Shown in pieces: positions 52,779 to 64,000 of a DNA stretch of 64,000 nucleotides. The notes beneath the pieces were generated by a model. The model was not told where the DNA came from, did no database searches, and worked only from the letters and a program-made list of their open reading frames with translations. The DNA comes from Protoeuglena noctilucae (lineage: Eukaryota). Location: positions 868,001-932,000 of the forward strand of contig OY253679.1 in the NCBI GenBank assembly GCA_958009085.1, written 5' to 3'. The stretch's first letter is position 1; every line of letters starts with the position of its first letter. The position numbers and the translations under genes were made by a program.

Positions 52779-54582
52779 TCAGAAGTGTCTGAACCCGCTC
52801 ATCGCCCCCGCCGCCGCGAACGCCAAACACCGCCCACCCGGCATCACCAGCGCCGCCCAATCGTTCTCTCCGCCCCCGTCCACAAACGTGCTGTGCTCCG
52901 CCGCACCCCAGGCGATAGGGCCCCCAAGCGAGCCCCACCCCGCCACCGCACCAAACGCCGCATCGCCTTTATCCACAGCCGCAGTCACGGCAGCCAGTGA
53001 AGCGCGGGCGTGGGAGGGAGGCACCAAGCCCGACCAACGTGTCACGCGGCACGTCTGCGGGGTGGGGTGGTGGGGTGGGTGGGGTGGGGTGTGACCTACC
53101 TACCAGTGAGGGTGCGTGCGTGGGGTGTATTGTCGTATTGTGTGAGGGTACATAGTGTGACTGGAGTAGCGCTCGTGGTCACACTCACTTGCCCACCCCC
53201 CTCTGTAACGCCGAATGGGTGTCTTGTGTCCACCGCCTCGTCCCCCAGCATGCAGAACGCGACCCCCAGCTCCTCAAACAGCGTTGCAGTGTCCTCGGCA
53301 CCCTCGCCTAGTGCTGTCAGCTCCCTGTGGGTGCGGGGTGAGGCAAGGCATGTCGATGCACTGCTGCACTCCCCTCCCTGCTGCCCACCTCACCAATGCA
53401 CTGTCACATACTCACGCCTATTGACGCCCACTCCCGCCTCTGCCCATGCACAGTACTGTGACCCTCACCTGGTCCCTGCCTCTACCCCACCTCTGCCCAC
53501 AGACTGCGACCCTCCCTCACCTGTCTCTCAAATCCCTTACGCAATCCGCCAGGCCGCATCGGACGGTGGCTGACTCGATGACAGGGTGGCAGAAGGACGC
53601 CTGGTCGTTTACCACGTCATCACCCTCCAAGGGCACGCAGCCGGTGTCAGAGTACCGTGTCAGAAGCATCCCTGTCGCTGGCAGAGTCCCCAGGCGCTGG
53701 GACACCCTCGCTGCCCGGGCGCTGCACGCGGGACGATCGACCACAGCTGCTTGCGATCATGCCAACGACACACATAATGCATATACCATGATGTCATGGG
53801 TATTGCATGCCAATTCCAGTGCCCACCACGCCTCACCTGTCGGGTTTCAGGTACTCTTTGCTGCCCAGGTCGACGTCAGCAACGTAGCGGTCGGGGTCAC
53901 ACGCGGACCGGGCGCCCGGCAAGCCCAGGCGGGAGTGCAGGTCCGCATTCCTAGGTGGAAAGGAGAGAGAGCGAGGGGTGGGTTGTAATAGTCACGGCGC
54001 ATGGACGGAAGCGAAGGCTCACGGGGCTTGTGCATGTCATCGTCAATGCTGATGCGCCCCTCACATGTGCAGGCGCAGCTTCCTGCCCGGCCCGAGGGCG
54101 ACCGCGAGCGCCCCGGTGGCGACCGCTGCGGGAGACGAATCGGAGACGCCGACGACGCGGGCCGCGGACCCATCGGCGGCGGCGGGGCCGTCGTTGCTCG
54201 CCAAAAAGCCGGGCGCGGCAATGTCCCTGCGCGCGGCGCGTCGGGGGAAGTTTGTCGCGTCCGCGGAACTGTGATGGATTTATCATCGTTATTTGTACTC
54301 CCGCGAGTTACCGGAGGCTCCCCAGGTACTCAAAGTGGAAGAGAGGAAGGGCCATCATGGCTTGAGGGTCCACGGAGGACTGGGCGAGGAACGGGAGGGA
54401 TCACCTAAGCTCACGATGCATAGTCGAATGCATAAATAGCAGGCTGGACATGAAGCCGCGCTCACGTCAGCGGGGAGGAGGACGGAGAGCGCTCGGTTGA
54501 CGGGGTGGGCGTCCAACCAGGAATGCAGGTCCGCGGGCCGCGTGAGGGTCACCGCGAGGCGCGCACCCTCTACTTTCGGCAT
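52779..54582 (-). CDS. RPP40: Ribonuclease P/MRP subunit p40-like
   Basis: Spliced pieces HPVNRALSVLLP; ADLHSRLGLPG...RYVADVDL; LFEELG; RWSGLVPP; GWGSLGGPIAWGAAEH...GGENDW. These resemble conserved RPP40 blocks from memory. Middle exons are uncertain. Confidence 0.65.
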
Positions 54583-55007
54583 GGCAGATTACGCTTGTGC
54601 GACGGGGGCCAGGGAAGCGCCGCGTACGCAGCGGAATGCGCGACTCCCCGCTGGCATTTGCGCGCCGCAGAGTCGCGCGGCGGAAGGGTTTTGAGGAGAC
54701 TGGATGCAGCTGGACGATGCGTGAGAGAGCGAGTTGTCAGCTTCTGGTCCCTGATGGAGGTTTCGCTGCCGTTTGACAAGCCGGGCCGGCGGTGTCAGAA
54801 CTGGAACGTGCTGTGGGCGGCCGAGAAACGCGCCCGGGCGACGTCGATCGACGCCAGTGGGAAGCCGTCGCGCACCGTCATCGCAGAAGTCGACGCGGTC
54901 GCTGCAGTTCCGCGCGTCGCTCCCAATTCGAACTCAAACTTGGCGCAGCTCGCGGGCTCGCGGTCGCCTCCGGCGGGGCCAGCTGGGGATTTCCCCACGC
55001 GGGTAGG

Positions 55008-58000
55008 ATGACGAAGCAGGGGGAGACGGGGGTGTACATCCCGAAGTTGCCGGGATGCGAGCCGTGGAACCCCATGGTGAGGCTCCCGGGGCGATTGGTT
55101 CCGCCCCCACCTGCTCAACGTGGTGCCTTGACAGTGCTTTAACTGCGGAGGGGCGCCGCGGTGTCCGGCAGCGCCAAAGGCGCTTGCTGCCCGCGGCCGC
55201 GGCACCAACATGTCTCCGCCCGGCCCGGCGCCGCTCCGCCGATGTCCTCCCGGACTCGAGCGCACAGCTTTTATTCTGCAACCAGCAAGCCATGCGCGGC
55301 CGCTGGTGGCCCTGGCGACGGCCCCGGGGCTCGCGGATGCCTCCCAAGGCCTGCCCCGGGTGCTTCCGCGCCATCCCCGCGCACCCGAGGCTCGCGCTCC
55401 TCCATCTCGCTGGGTCATCGGCAGAGATGGATGGCCATGTTGCTACTGGAGCCGTGTGGCACCGCCCGCGCGTCCCCCGCGGGGTCACTCGCCGGTTTCG
55501 CCCGCACGTCCATGCCTTTCTCCCGCTCGCGTCGTCCCCTGCTGCTCCCTTCCCCCGGCACCTTCCCTGCCGGTTTCTTTTTCGTCACTCGAGGATTCGC
55601 TGCAGGAATAAGCGTCGCAGCGTGCCCAGCGGCGCGCCCGGACAGGTCCTGCCAGCGGGCAGGCGAGCAACTCGCACCCCGGTCCCCTGCGCCCGCAGTC
55701 GGCGCAGAAGACGCGCACGACGCGGCTGACGTACCGCCACGGAGTCCCCCAGGTCGAGGACCCGATCCGGCCGAGCGTGGACGGGGAGGGCGCGGGCACG
55801 GGCGTGGACCTGACGCAGTCGCAGCTGCTCAAGCTGGGGGCCGTGAGCGACCTCACCGTCGCGCCCAAGGTCACGGACGTCACACACTGGGATTACTACG
55901 AGCCGCAGGTGCGATTTAAACGCCGCAGAGACCCCATCGACCACCTGCATGTCTTGACCACTACAAGCGCTCCCCAAGGCCCTCTCAAGCGCGTTTACTG
56001 ACCACCTGTACCCTTTCCGACCCATTTTTGCAGGTCCCGCAGTGGCTGGCGTTCGACCGGCGCGTGCTGCGCTTCTTCGCCTTTTTCAAGGAGCCCGTGG
56101 TCGAGTCGGCTTCCGAGAACTTCCGCGTCAGGCGCGTCACCATCTTCTACTATCTGGAGGACGGCACAGGCGAGGATGCAGATGTGTGATCTATGATACT
56201 TATAAGATGGTGGGATGGTGGGGTGCGGGACGAGCTGTGTGTCTGGTGGTAAGCATGGCCCTGAGGGACACGGTTCGAGCATCTGCGTTGCTGCAGCAAG
56301 GGACCCAACCGTTCCAGTTGTACTTTTAACTCTAGCGAGTACTGTATATGCCACCCTAACACCAATCGTAGTTACTTATATTCATATAATCTTCACACAC
56401 ACCCCCTGTCACCGCAGTGCACATGGGCGAGCCCCGCGAGGACAACTCGGGCATCCCCCAGGGGGTCTTCCTGCGCCGGCACATGGCGGAACTGGACTCG
56501 GGGGAGCCGCTGGGGATCGAACACCTGACCGTCGGGGCGGGTGAGCGTGCCAGATGGGTGTTCGTGGTTTGCGATGTTGTGGAGAGGTGTATCGGCGATG
56601 GTCACCCAGCCATCTCCGCTGCCCACACCCACGCACCGCATTCCTCACCCTCTCCTGTTTGCTCTCTTGACATAACCGCACCCAACCGCACCTGCCACAT
56701 CACCCACCTCACCAGTCAACCCCCCCCCCCCAACTCCCCTCTCCTATACCCCCCCAGACCTGTCTCTCTACGGCCGCACCTTCCACATCACCGGCTGCGA
56801 CGCCTTCACGCGCGAGTTCCTGACCGCCCAGGGCATCGCGGTGGCACCCGACGAGGCCGCGCCGGAGGACCCCCACAGGATGAAGGAGACGGCCAAGGTG
56901 GCCATGCGCAAGAGCCACCGGGCCATGGTGCGGTGAGTGACTAGTACACGTGTAGTTGTTAATATGTGAATGTATATGACCATGATGCGGTGAGATTGCA
57001 GTTGTGTGTGGTACTGGTGTGGGTGACTGAGCGAGCACTGCCCTCTTCTCATGCACCCCTACCGCAGCGCCAAGGCCCTGGAGCACCTGCGCAATCCCTC
57101 ACACACTCCCACCCATATCAATTCAAATCAATTCATATAGCCTCACCCATATCCCCCCCAGCGCCAAGGCCCTGGAGGACCTGCGCAAGTTCTTTGACTA
57201 CGACCGCAAGGTGCTTCGTTTCTTCGCCGTGTGGGACGACCGCAAGAACCTGTATGGGGACAACCTCGCGTACGTGCTGCACTACTACCTCAGCGACGAC
57301 ACGGTCGAGGTCAACGAGGTGCACGCACGCAACACGGGCAGGGACCCGTTCCCCAAGGTGAGAGGGGTGGTGTAAGTGTTGGTGTGGCTGGGTGTCAGTG
57401 ACTGAGTGAGTGTCAACGGGGTGCACGCCTGCCCAAGAACCGCCACCATCACTAGCGATGTCAGAAACACTTTTTAAAAGCCATAGTAGCTGCATGTAGA
57501 AACCGCCCCCACCCCCCCCTGCAGCTCCTGGCCCGTGGTCGCCTGCCCAAGAACCACCAGGACACGAGCGCCTTCCTCAGCCGCGCCATCCACTACTACG
57601 ACTGGTCGGACTTATCCATCGGGACCACCGTGAACGTGTGGGGCAGGCCACTCTTCCTGTACGACTGCGACGCGTTCACGAGGGCTTGGTACGTGCGGCA
57701 CGGGGTGCCCGAGGAGCAGCTGCGGGCGGCTAAGGTGGACGTGGAGGCGAAGCTGCAGGCGAGATTGGCAGAATGGGGAGATGTTGCGATATATGGGTGA
57801 ATTAGGACATGGTACAGGGTGAGGTGGTGAGAGGTGGGGGTGCCGGAACAGCTGAGACCGTCCACTGCTCTCCCACACACATATACATACACAATAGCCA
57901 CCATCCCACACCTCTGCATCCCCCAGATCCCCAAGGCCACGGTGGCCCCCAACTGGTCTCTGTTGATATTATTGCTCATAATACCATTCCCATTCATAAA

Positions 58001-59427
58001 TATCCCCCCACCCCCCCTCATTCCAGATCCCCAAGGCCACGGTGGCCCCCGACTGGTACGGCATTGGCAGCGAGCGTGATCAGATGCAGAGCGTGAACAG
58101 CCTCATCCCCAAGCCCCCCAAGTTCAATTGGGATCAGTTCATGGAGCACGGATCGAACGTGCTGAGGTTCGCGGCAAGGCTCGTCGAGGCCGAGGGGTGC
58201 CGGTGAGGGTTTGGGGTGGTGTGTCCGGTGGGGGTCACGGGGATGATGTGAGAGCGAGGGTGCTGGTGAACGAAATAGAGGTGAAAGAAATAGGACTAAG
58301 AAAGCGGGCGGCCTCGCCCAAAACCCTCCCTCACATCTCCAACCCCTCCCACTCACCACCTCACACCCACCCCTCTCACCTGACTCACCCATACCAACCC
58401 AACCCCGCTCTTAAACCCCCCCCAGCCTGCTCCCCGCCGACGACGTGCGCGAGTTCATCATCACGTACTTCTTGGCGGACGACACGATTCAGATCTACGA
58501 GCCCCCCATCCGCAACTCGGGCATCATCGGGGGGAAGTTCCTCGAGAGGACCACCGTCAAGAAGCCCAACAGCATCCACGTGGTGAGAAATTGTGTAAAG
58601 TACTACCATGTCCAACATACGTATCTCCACCGACCACTCACCCTTAGCCCTTTCAATCACCCTCATTGCTACCCCCACTGCCACCTCCACTCACCCCTCA
58701 CACATCACCACATCACACCCCGCCCACCCCCCCCAGGAGTACCGCGCGCGTGACCTGGCCATCGGGGGCCACCTCGTGACCCTCTCCCGCTGCTTCGAGC
58801 TTTACGACGCGGACGTCTTCACGTTCAAATTCATGGAGCAGAACTGCAGGGACTTCCCTCAGGCGGACGCAGCGAGGGTGCTGGGCAAGTGCCGGGCGGC
58901 GGTGGGGACGGCCGAGGTGAGGGGAGGTGGTGTGAGGGGGGGTGTTATAGAGAGAGAGTGGGGGTGGCTGAGGGGGTAGTGATGGTGAGGGGGTAGTGTG
59001 GGTGCTGCGCAGTCGGGTTGATAGAGAGGAGAGTGGGCGCGGTGTGTCTGGGCGTCGCGAAGGGATTGTTACTAGAGCGCTACTAGACAGCTTTTGTACC
59101 ACCTTATCATCCGACATCCATACCAATAACAATCGCCCCCACTCACCACTCCACTCACCACTCACCATACCACACCCACACCCACTCCCCACCCCCCCCT
59201 CATCCCCCCAGGCCCGTGAGGCGGTGCAGTCGGTGATCGCCGAGTCGACGGACGCCTCCACGGGCGCCGTGCCGCTGCCGGACGTGGCCGCGGCGTTCGC
59301 GGCGGCGGGGTGCGACCTCACGCCTCATGAGCTGGTCACGCTGGGGAGGAGGCTGGGGGACGAGCGGGGCAAGGCGCCCATCCCGGCCGCGAAGCTGCTG
59401 CAGGAGGTCGGGCTTAGCGGGAACTAG
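55008..59427 (+). CDS. RIB72/EFHC-family axonemal protein with three DM10 domains
   Basis: PKLPG N-terminus; WLAFDRRVLRFFAFFKE...YYLEDGT|VHMGEPREDNSGIPQGVFL; YDRKVLRFFAVWDD...YYLSDDTVEV...NTGRDPFP; FLADDTIQIYEPPIRNSGIIGGKFLER. Confidence 0.92.
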
Positions 59428-59645
59428 AAGAAATGGAAGTAGAAATGGGAGTTGTAAATAAGGAGGAGCTTGGCTGCGTCTGGGGCGCGGTGGGAGGGGA
59501 GCGGGGATGGGTGTTGCCCTGATGTGCCGTCTGCCAGACTCTGGCGCGGTCGCGGGCCGCGCGCGCATCGGGCGCCGCGATCGGCGGCGGAGGTTGAAAG
59601 AGGCGCGAGCGGCGAACGGGCCGGGCGATCGGAGCAGCGTAGAAA

Positions 59646-61599
59646 ATGCAGTTGGCTCGATGTGGCGCTGCCCCTGCAGCGCGCCCGCTCGTGCGCGGGA
59701 GTCGCCCCGCAGCCGCGAGGGCGGTCTCCGTGCAGGTACGACATGCGAATGTGCTCGCATCCCAGTCCGGGCGCTTGCCGGGGGGACGCATGAGCCCGGC
59801 GGGGTCGCGCACGGGCTGGCCAAACCTCGCCCCTCCCCGCTGCCCTCTCCCGCGCGCAGGCGGCCATCATGAAGGAGAGGGGCGCGTATACGACGAAGGG
59901 GACGGTCAGGAAGGCCAACGAGGACGTTTTCGAGGTCTCGGTGTCGGACGCGGGGCCCTTCTTGCAGGCGCGCGTTAGCGGCAGCGCCGCGGCGCCCTGC
60001 GGTCACGGAACTCGGCGCGAGCGGCGCGATGCAATTTTTTGTTGCGTTAAAAGGCCCCCGCATGCGATTCGCTGTGATCGTCCGGGTCCCGAGGCGGAAC
60101 GCGGCGTTGCTTTCCCTACCGCAGTACTGCGGCGTGTTTGACGGGCACGGGGGCTCCGCGACGGCTCTGTGGCTCAAGAAGGAGCTTCTTGGATACATCG
60201 AGGAGGAGTGGTGCGTGGCGGGGCCCGCAGCGCTGCGCCCGGGCGCTCGCGCGGCCGTCGCTGTGCATTGTGCGATTTCTTCCGCCCTTCGCGCACGCAG
60301 GCAGGCCGGCAACCCCGCGCGTGCCCTGCAGCGCGCCTTTCTGGCGGCGGACCGTCAGATCCTGAGCGCGAACAGCGGCCTGTTCGGGATGATGGGCGAG
60401 CGCGGCATCGGTGGGTCCAAGTGCGGAGCGACCGCAGCTGTGGCGGTGGTGTATGAGGAGAAGGGCGGCGTGAAGCTGGCGACGGCGAACTGCGGCGACG
60501 CACGGATCCTGCTCGTGAAGTCGGACGGGTCGGTGGAGGCGCTGTTCGAGGAGCACGTCCCCGACAATGAGGCCGAGAGGAAGGCGAGCAGTTAAAGGGG
60601 TGGGGGAGGTTTTTTATGGGGAGTGCTTGTCTATGGAGAGTGGTTGTTTATGGAGAGTGGTGTCTATGGAGAGTGGGGTGACTGACTGATATTGATGGAT
60701 TGTCTATGTGTGGAGTGACTGGTTCATAAATGGTCTGTTGGTGGGGTAACGATTTTGAGTACCGCCCCTTCTATACCCCTATCCACCATGTTGTCAACCC
60801 ATTCAGTACTGCCCATTTCCACTAAACCCCCGCAGCGCATTGAGAAGTACAACCCGAACCCCAAGATGCCCCTGGTGCGCTTCGTGGGCGGCACCTGGCG
60901 CGTGGGCGGACTGCTCGCCCTCTCCCGCGCCTTTGGCGACGCCTATTTGAAGTCCTCTCTCCAATTCGAGGGCGTCCCGCTGGGATCGGACGGCTACTCG
61001 TCCGGATTCGGGGTCATCGCGGAGCCCTACGTGGCGGTGCGGGATTTGACGAAAGACTGCACGCACGTGGTGGTGGCGTCGGATGGGCTGTTCAACGAGG
61101 TGCAGGTGAGAGATGAGGGACAGGGGTAATGAAGGGTGCTTAAATGTGAGTGAATGGGGTGAGGAAGACTGAGTGCACGTGAGGCTGGTCATCGCCTGCA
61201 TACGTCTGATGACGCCACCCAGCCCATCACTGCCACCACCGCACCACCACCACCCCAACACCCTTCACCCCACTCACCCTCACCACCCCCACCCCCCCCC
61301 CCCCCCCCCCCCCCCCCCCACTCACCCCTACACCCCCCACTCACTTTACCACCCCTGTACCCCCCAAACCCCCCCAGCGCGGCGGCGGCGGCGGCCTGAC
61401 CAACGAGGAGGTGGCCGCCATGTGCAAGTCCCAAGGCACAACGTCTAGCAACGAGCTGGCGATTCAAATGACCGAGAAGGCGGTCGAAGCGGGGTCCACG
61501 GATGACGTCACGGTGTGCGTGCTGCGGCTGGACAGCGCGAGGCTGCCGGAGGGGGTGGCGGGGGCGGCGGCGGGGGCGGGGGGGGTGGGGAGCGCGTGA
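59646..61599 (+). CDS. PP2C/PPM-type protein phosphatase, probably plastid-targeted
   Basis: Transit-like exon MQLARCGAAPAARP...; RKANED; GVFDGHGG; CGATA; ANCGDAR; GLLALSRAFGD; VVASDGL; GSTDDVTV. Confidence 0.9.
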
Positions 61600-62394
61600 G
61601 GGGTTGGGGGGGCGTGTGAGGGACGGGGAGAAATTAGAGCTGGGGTTGGGGTGCGGGGACGGAAGGAGTGGGGGAGCGCGTGAAGGGGGGGGGGGAGTGA
61701 GGAGAGACGGGGTTGGGGTTGCGCGGGGGTAACGTGCTGTGGCAAGGGTTATGGCAAGTCACGTTTCTGTTTGCAAGCGGTGGGCAACACGCTTGACAGC
61801 AACACGCTTGACATACCTGAAGCCTTTTGTTTCTATCCTGAAACGTGCATGATGTGCCTTTTCACTACTAGCGATGGGTGATGAGCAAGAGGCCTTCGCC
61901 TTTGACCCATCTTACATCCCTGCCAAGGGCGTCCCTTGTTTCAAACAAAGCGGCCGGGTTCCAAACAGCAGCTGCCGGACGACGCCACGCTCTCAGTCCC
62001 GCGCATCAGCAGCACGCTTGGCAGGCACGCACTCTCAGTCTCGGCACTAACAGGGTATATCCCCCGTGCCTCTCAGCCCGCCAGTCAGGGTCTGTAGTGA
62101 GGTAACACCTATGCAACAACATGCCCTGTTTTGTCAGGCCCCGTCTTTAACAGCAGGAACAGGGCAGTAACAGGTTGGTAAGAGGGTGGTATTGCAGGGT
62201 CTGTGGCAAGCCTCAGGTAACACCCCCTCTGTGCTCATCAGTATCCCACTCTCTTCAACCAGCAGCGTTGAATGTAACTGCCGAAGAAACGAACGACATG
62301 CACCACAGCAGCACCCCGCTACCCCACATGCACGCACACGCCTCATCGCAAGGTGCCTCCAAGCTCTCTCGATTGCTCCCACAATCTCTCTCCC

Positions 62395-64000
62395 TCAATC
62401 GCTCGATTGGGAGGAGGAGGAAGAAGATGAGACGGGAGCGGATGCCACGTCAGCCTGCAGGTAAAGGGAGGGGTAGTAAGAAATGTGGGTGGGTGGCGAG
62501 GGGGGGGTTAAGCGCATCACACACGCCCACCCTCACAACCCCACGGAATATCAAACCTTAACGCTCACCTTGTCCCCCTTTCCGCTCCCTGCTTCCTTCT
62601 CCCCCCTCCGCCCCTCCCCACCGCTCCCCTCCGCCTTCACCACCCCCCCATCGTTCCCCTCCCTCTCCCCCTTTCCCTCGTTCCCCGATTTTCCCTCACT
62701 CCCCGATTCCGCCGCTTTCCTGGCCCGGAACTTGTCCCCCTTCTTCTTCCTAGCACCCATCTCCTTGCCCTTGCCCGTCCCGCCCTTGCGCACCTCCTTG
62801 GCCTGGCGCTCCTCCTCGGACTGCGATATAGATAGAGAGGGAATATAATATAATATAATATAATATAATCACCTTACAGGCGCATCGCTCCATTATAAGT
62901 ATATTATTACTATTATTATATCAACCATATAAACACGCGCATCTACCCCTCACCAGCACGACCGGCTTGCTGCGCGCCTCGATGGCCTGGATCTTCTGCG
63001 TGATCGACGCCTCGATGCCTGGCTTGAGGGTGTTGCGCAATATGACCTGCTGTCCCGTGGTCAGCACGTTGTTGACCAGCCAGTAGAGGGTCAGCCCGCT
63101 GGGGACGTTCAAACTGAACCAACCCAACATGAGGGGCAGCGCCTGTAAGATGAGCTGCACCTGCTTCTGGCTCGGGTCGTCCGTGTTGGTCTGCAGAGGA
63201 AATTGGAAAATGGCATTTATGAAAATATATTATTATGATTATAGTAATAATGATGATATAACGCAGTGCGATGTTACCAGTTTCACCATGCACGCAGTTG
63301 TGTTAACCTGAAGTAAACAAATCCACCAGCTCATCACCCCTATTAACACCCCTCGCCTGCGGCGAGATGATCTTCTGCGATGCGTACTGCGACAGGATGA
63401 GCAGGACCGGCAGGATCAGGTACGCCCCCGCGTCGTGCCACCCCACGGGTGGCTGCCCATCCTCAAATGGGAACAGCCACGACAGCCCCGACCCGCCCTG
63501 TCGGTCCATCGCCGATACCGGGCCGCTCAATGTGGGGATCCAGAAGAAGCCCTCCTTCAGCAGCCCCTGGTCGGCCGCGTTGGTGAGGGCGCGGTAGAGG
63601 CCAATCCAGACGGGCAGCGTGACGAGGGTGGGCAGGCAGCCCGCCAGGGGGTTGACCTCGGCCTCGCTGCGGGTGTTTCAGGGGATGGGAGTTGTAACAA
63701 TAACAATGATTGTAATGAACATAAGTTACTGTTACTATCAGTTGGTCAAATGTTAGTCAATCAGTGAAGCGCCCTTGCTCTTTGCCAATCCACCAGTCGC
63801 TGCCCCGACTGCCTCACCGGTACAGCTGCAGCTGCTCCTGGTCGGTCACTCCCACCATCACTCTCACTATATCTATATCTATAACTATAACTATCGCTAC
63901 ACCCATCTACTTCACTCACCGGTACAGCCTTGCCGTCTCCAGCTGCAGCTGCTCCTGGTTGGACCCGAACTTGGCCTGCAGCTCCTTGATCTTCGGCTGG
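62395..64000 (-). CDS. ALB3: ALB3 thylakoid insertase (YidC/Oxa1 family); 5' part lies beyond the window
   Basis: QPKIKELQAK...ETARLYR|EAEVNPLAGCLPTL...WIGLYRAL...EGFFWIP; GLSWLFPF...PPVGWHD; LPLMLGWFSLNVPSGLTLYW; KGDKFR. Confidence 0.93.

Noticed and set aside
36801..59427. Ciliary gene cluster (CFAP73, BBS5, RIB72/EFHC)
   Set aside because: Interspersed with unrelated genes. Three of about 21 is not clearly beyond chance.
61292..61319. Long poly-C tract
   Set aside because: An extreme case of the C-rich intron 3' half, and homopolymer length is unreliable.
1..64000. Non-standard genetic code (TAA/TAG as Gln, as in some ulvophytes)
   Set aside because: TAA and TAG end genes at plausible C-termini (29818, 52367, 59427), and I saw no in-frame TAR in conserved exons.

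Overview
Gene-dense, intron-rich, GC-rich eukaryotic nuclear DNA, most consistent with a flagellated chlorophyte green alga. Plastid-targeted genes (CCB1, TrpB, ALB3, a PP2C) sit next to ciliary genes (CFAP73, BBS5, RIB72/EFHC). The species cannot be named from the sequence. I can support about 21 host genes, 14 of them arranged as seven head-to-head pairs, and a 200-N gap. There is also a ~5.6 kb Plavaka/CACTA-like DNA transposon with an apparently intact 7-exon transposase, inserted between the divergent CHMP1 and NAT10 genes. The most unusual signal is the splicing architecture. (1) About 20 of roughly 90-100 inferred introns use GC donors. (2) A G/C-skew wave is locked to splice sites, G-rich around donors and C-rich around acceptors, and it reaches into synonymous codon choice. 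(3) At least 12 intronic echo copies of adjacent exon/junction sequence are present. (4) Two neighbouring introns are inverted copies of each other. A perfect 26-bp palindrome lies at the midpoint of one divergent promoter. All gene models were spliced by eye; no database search was run.
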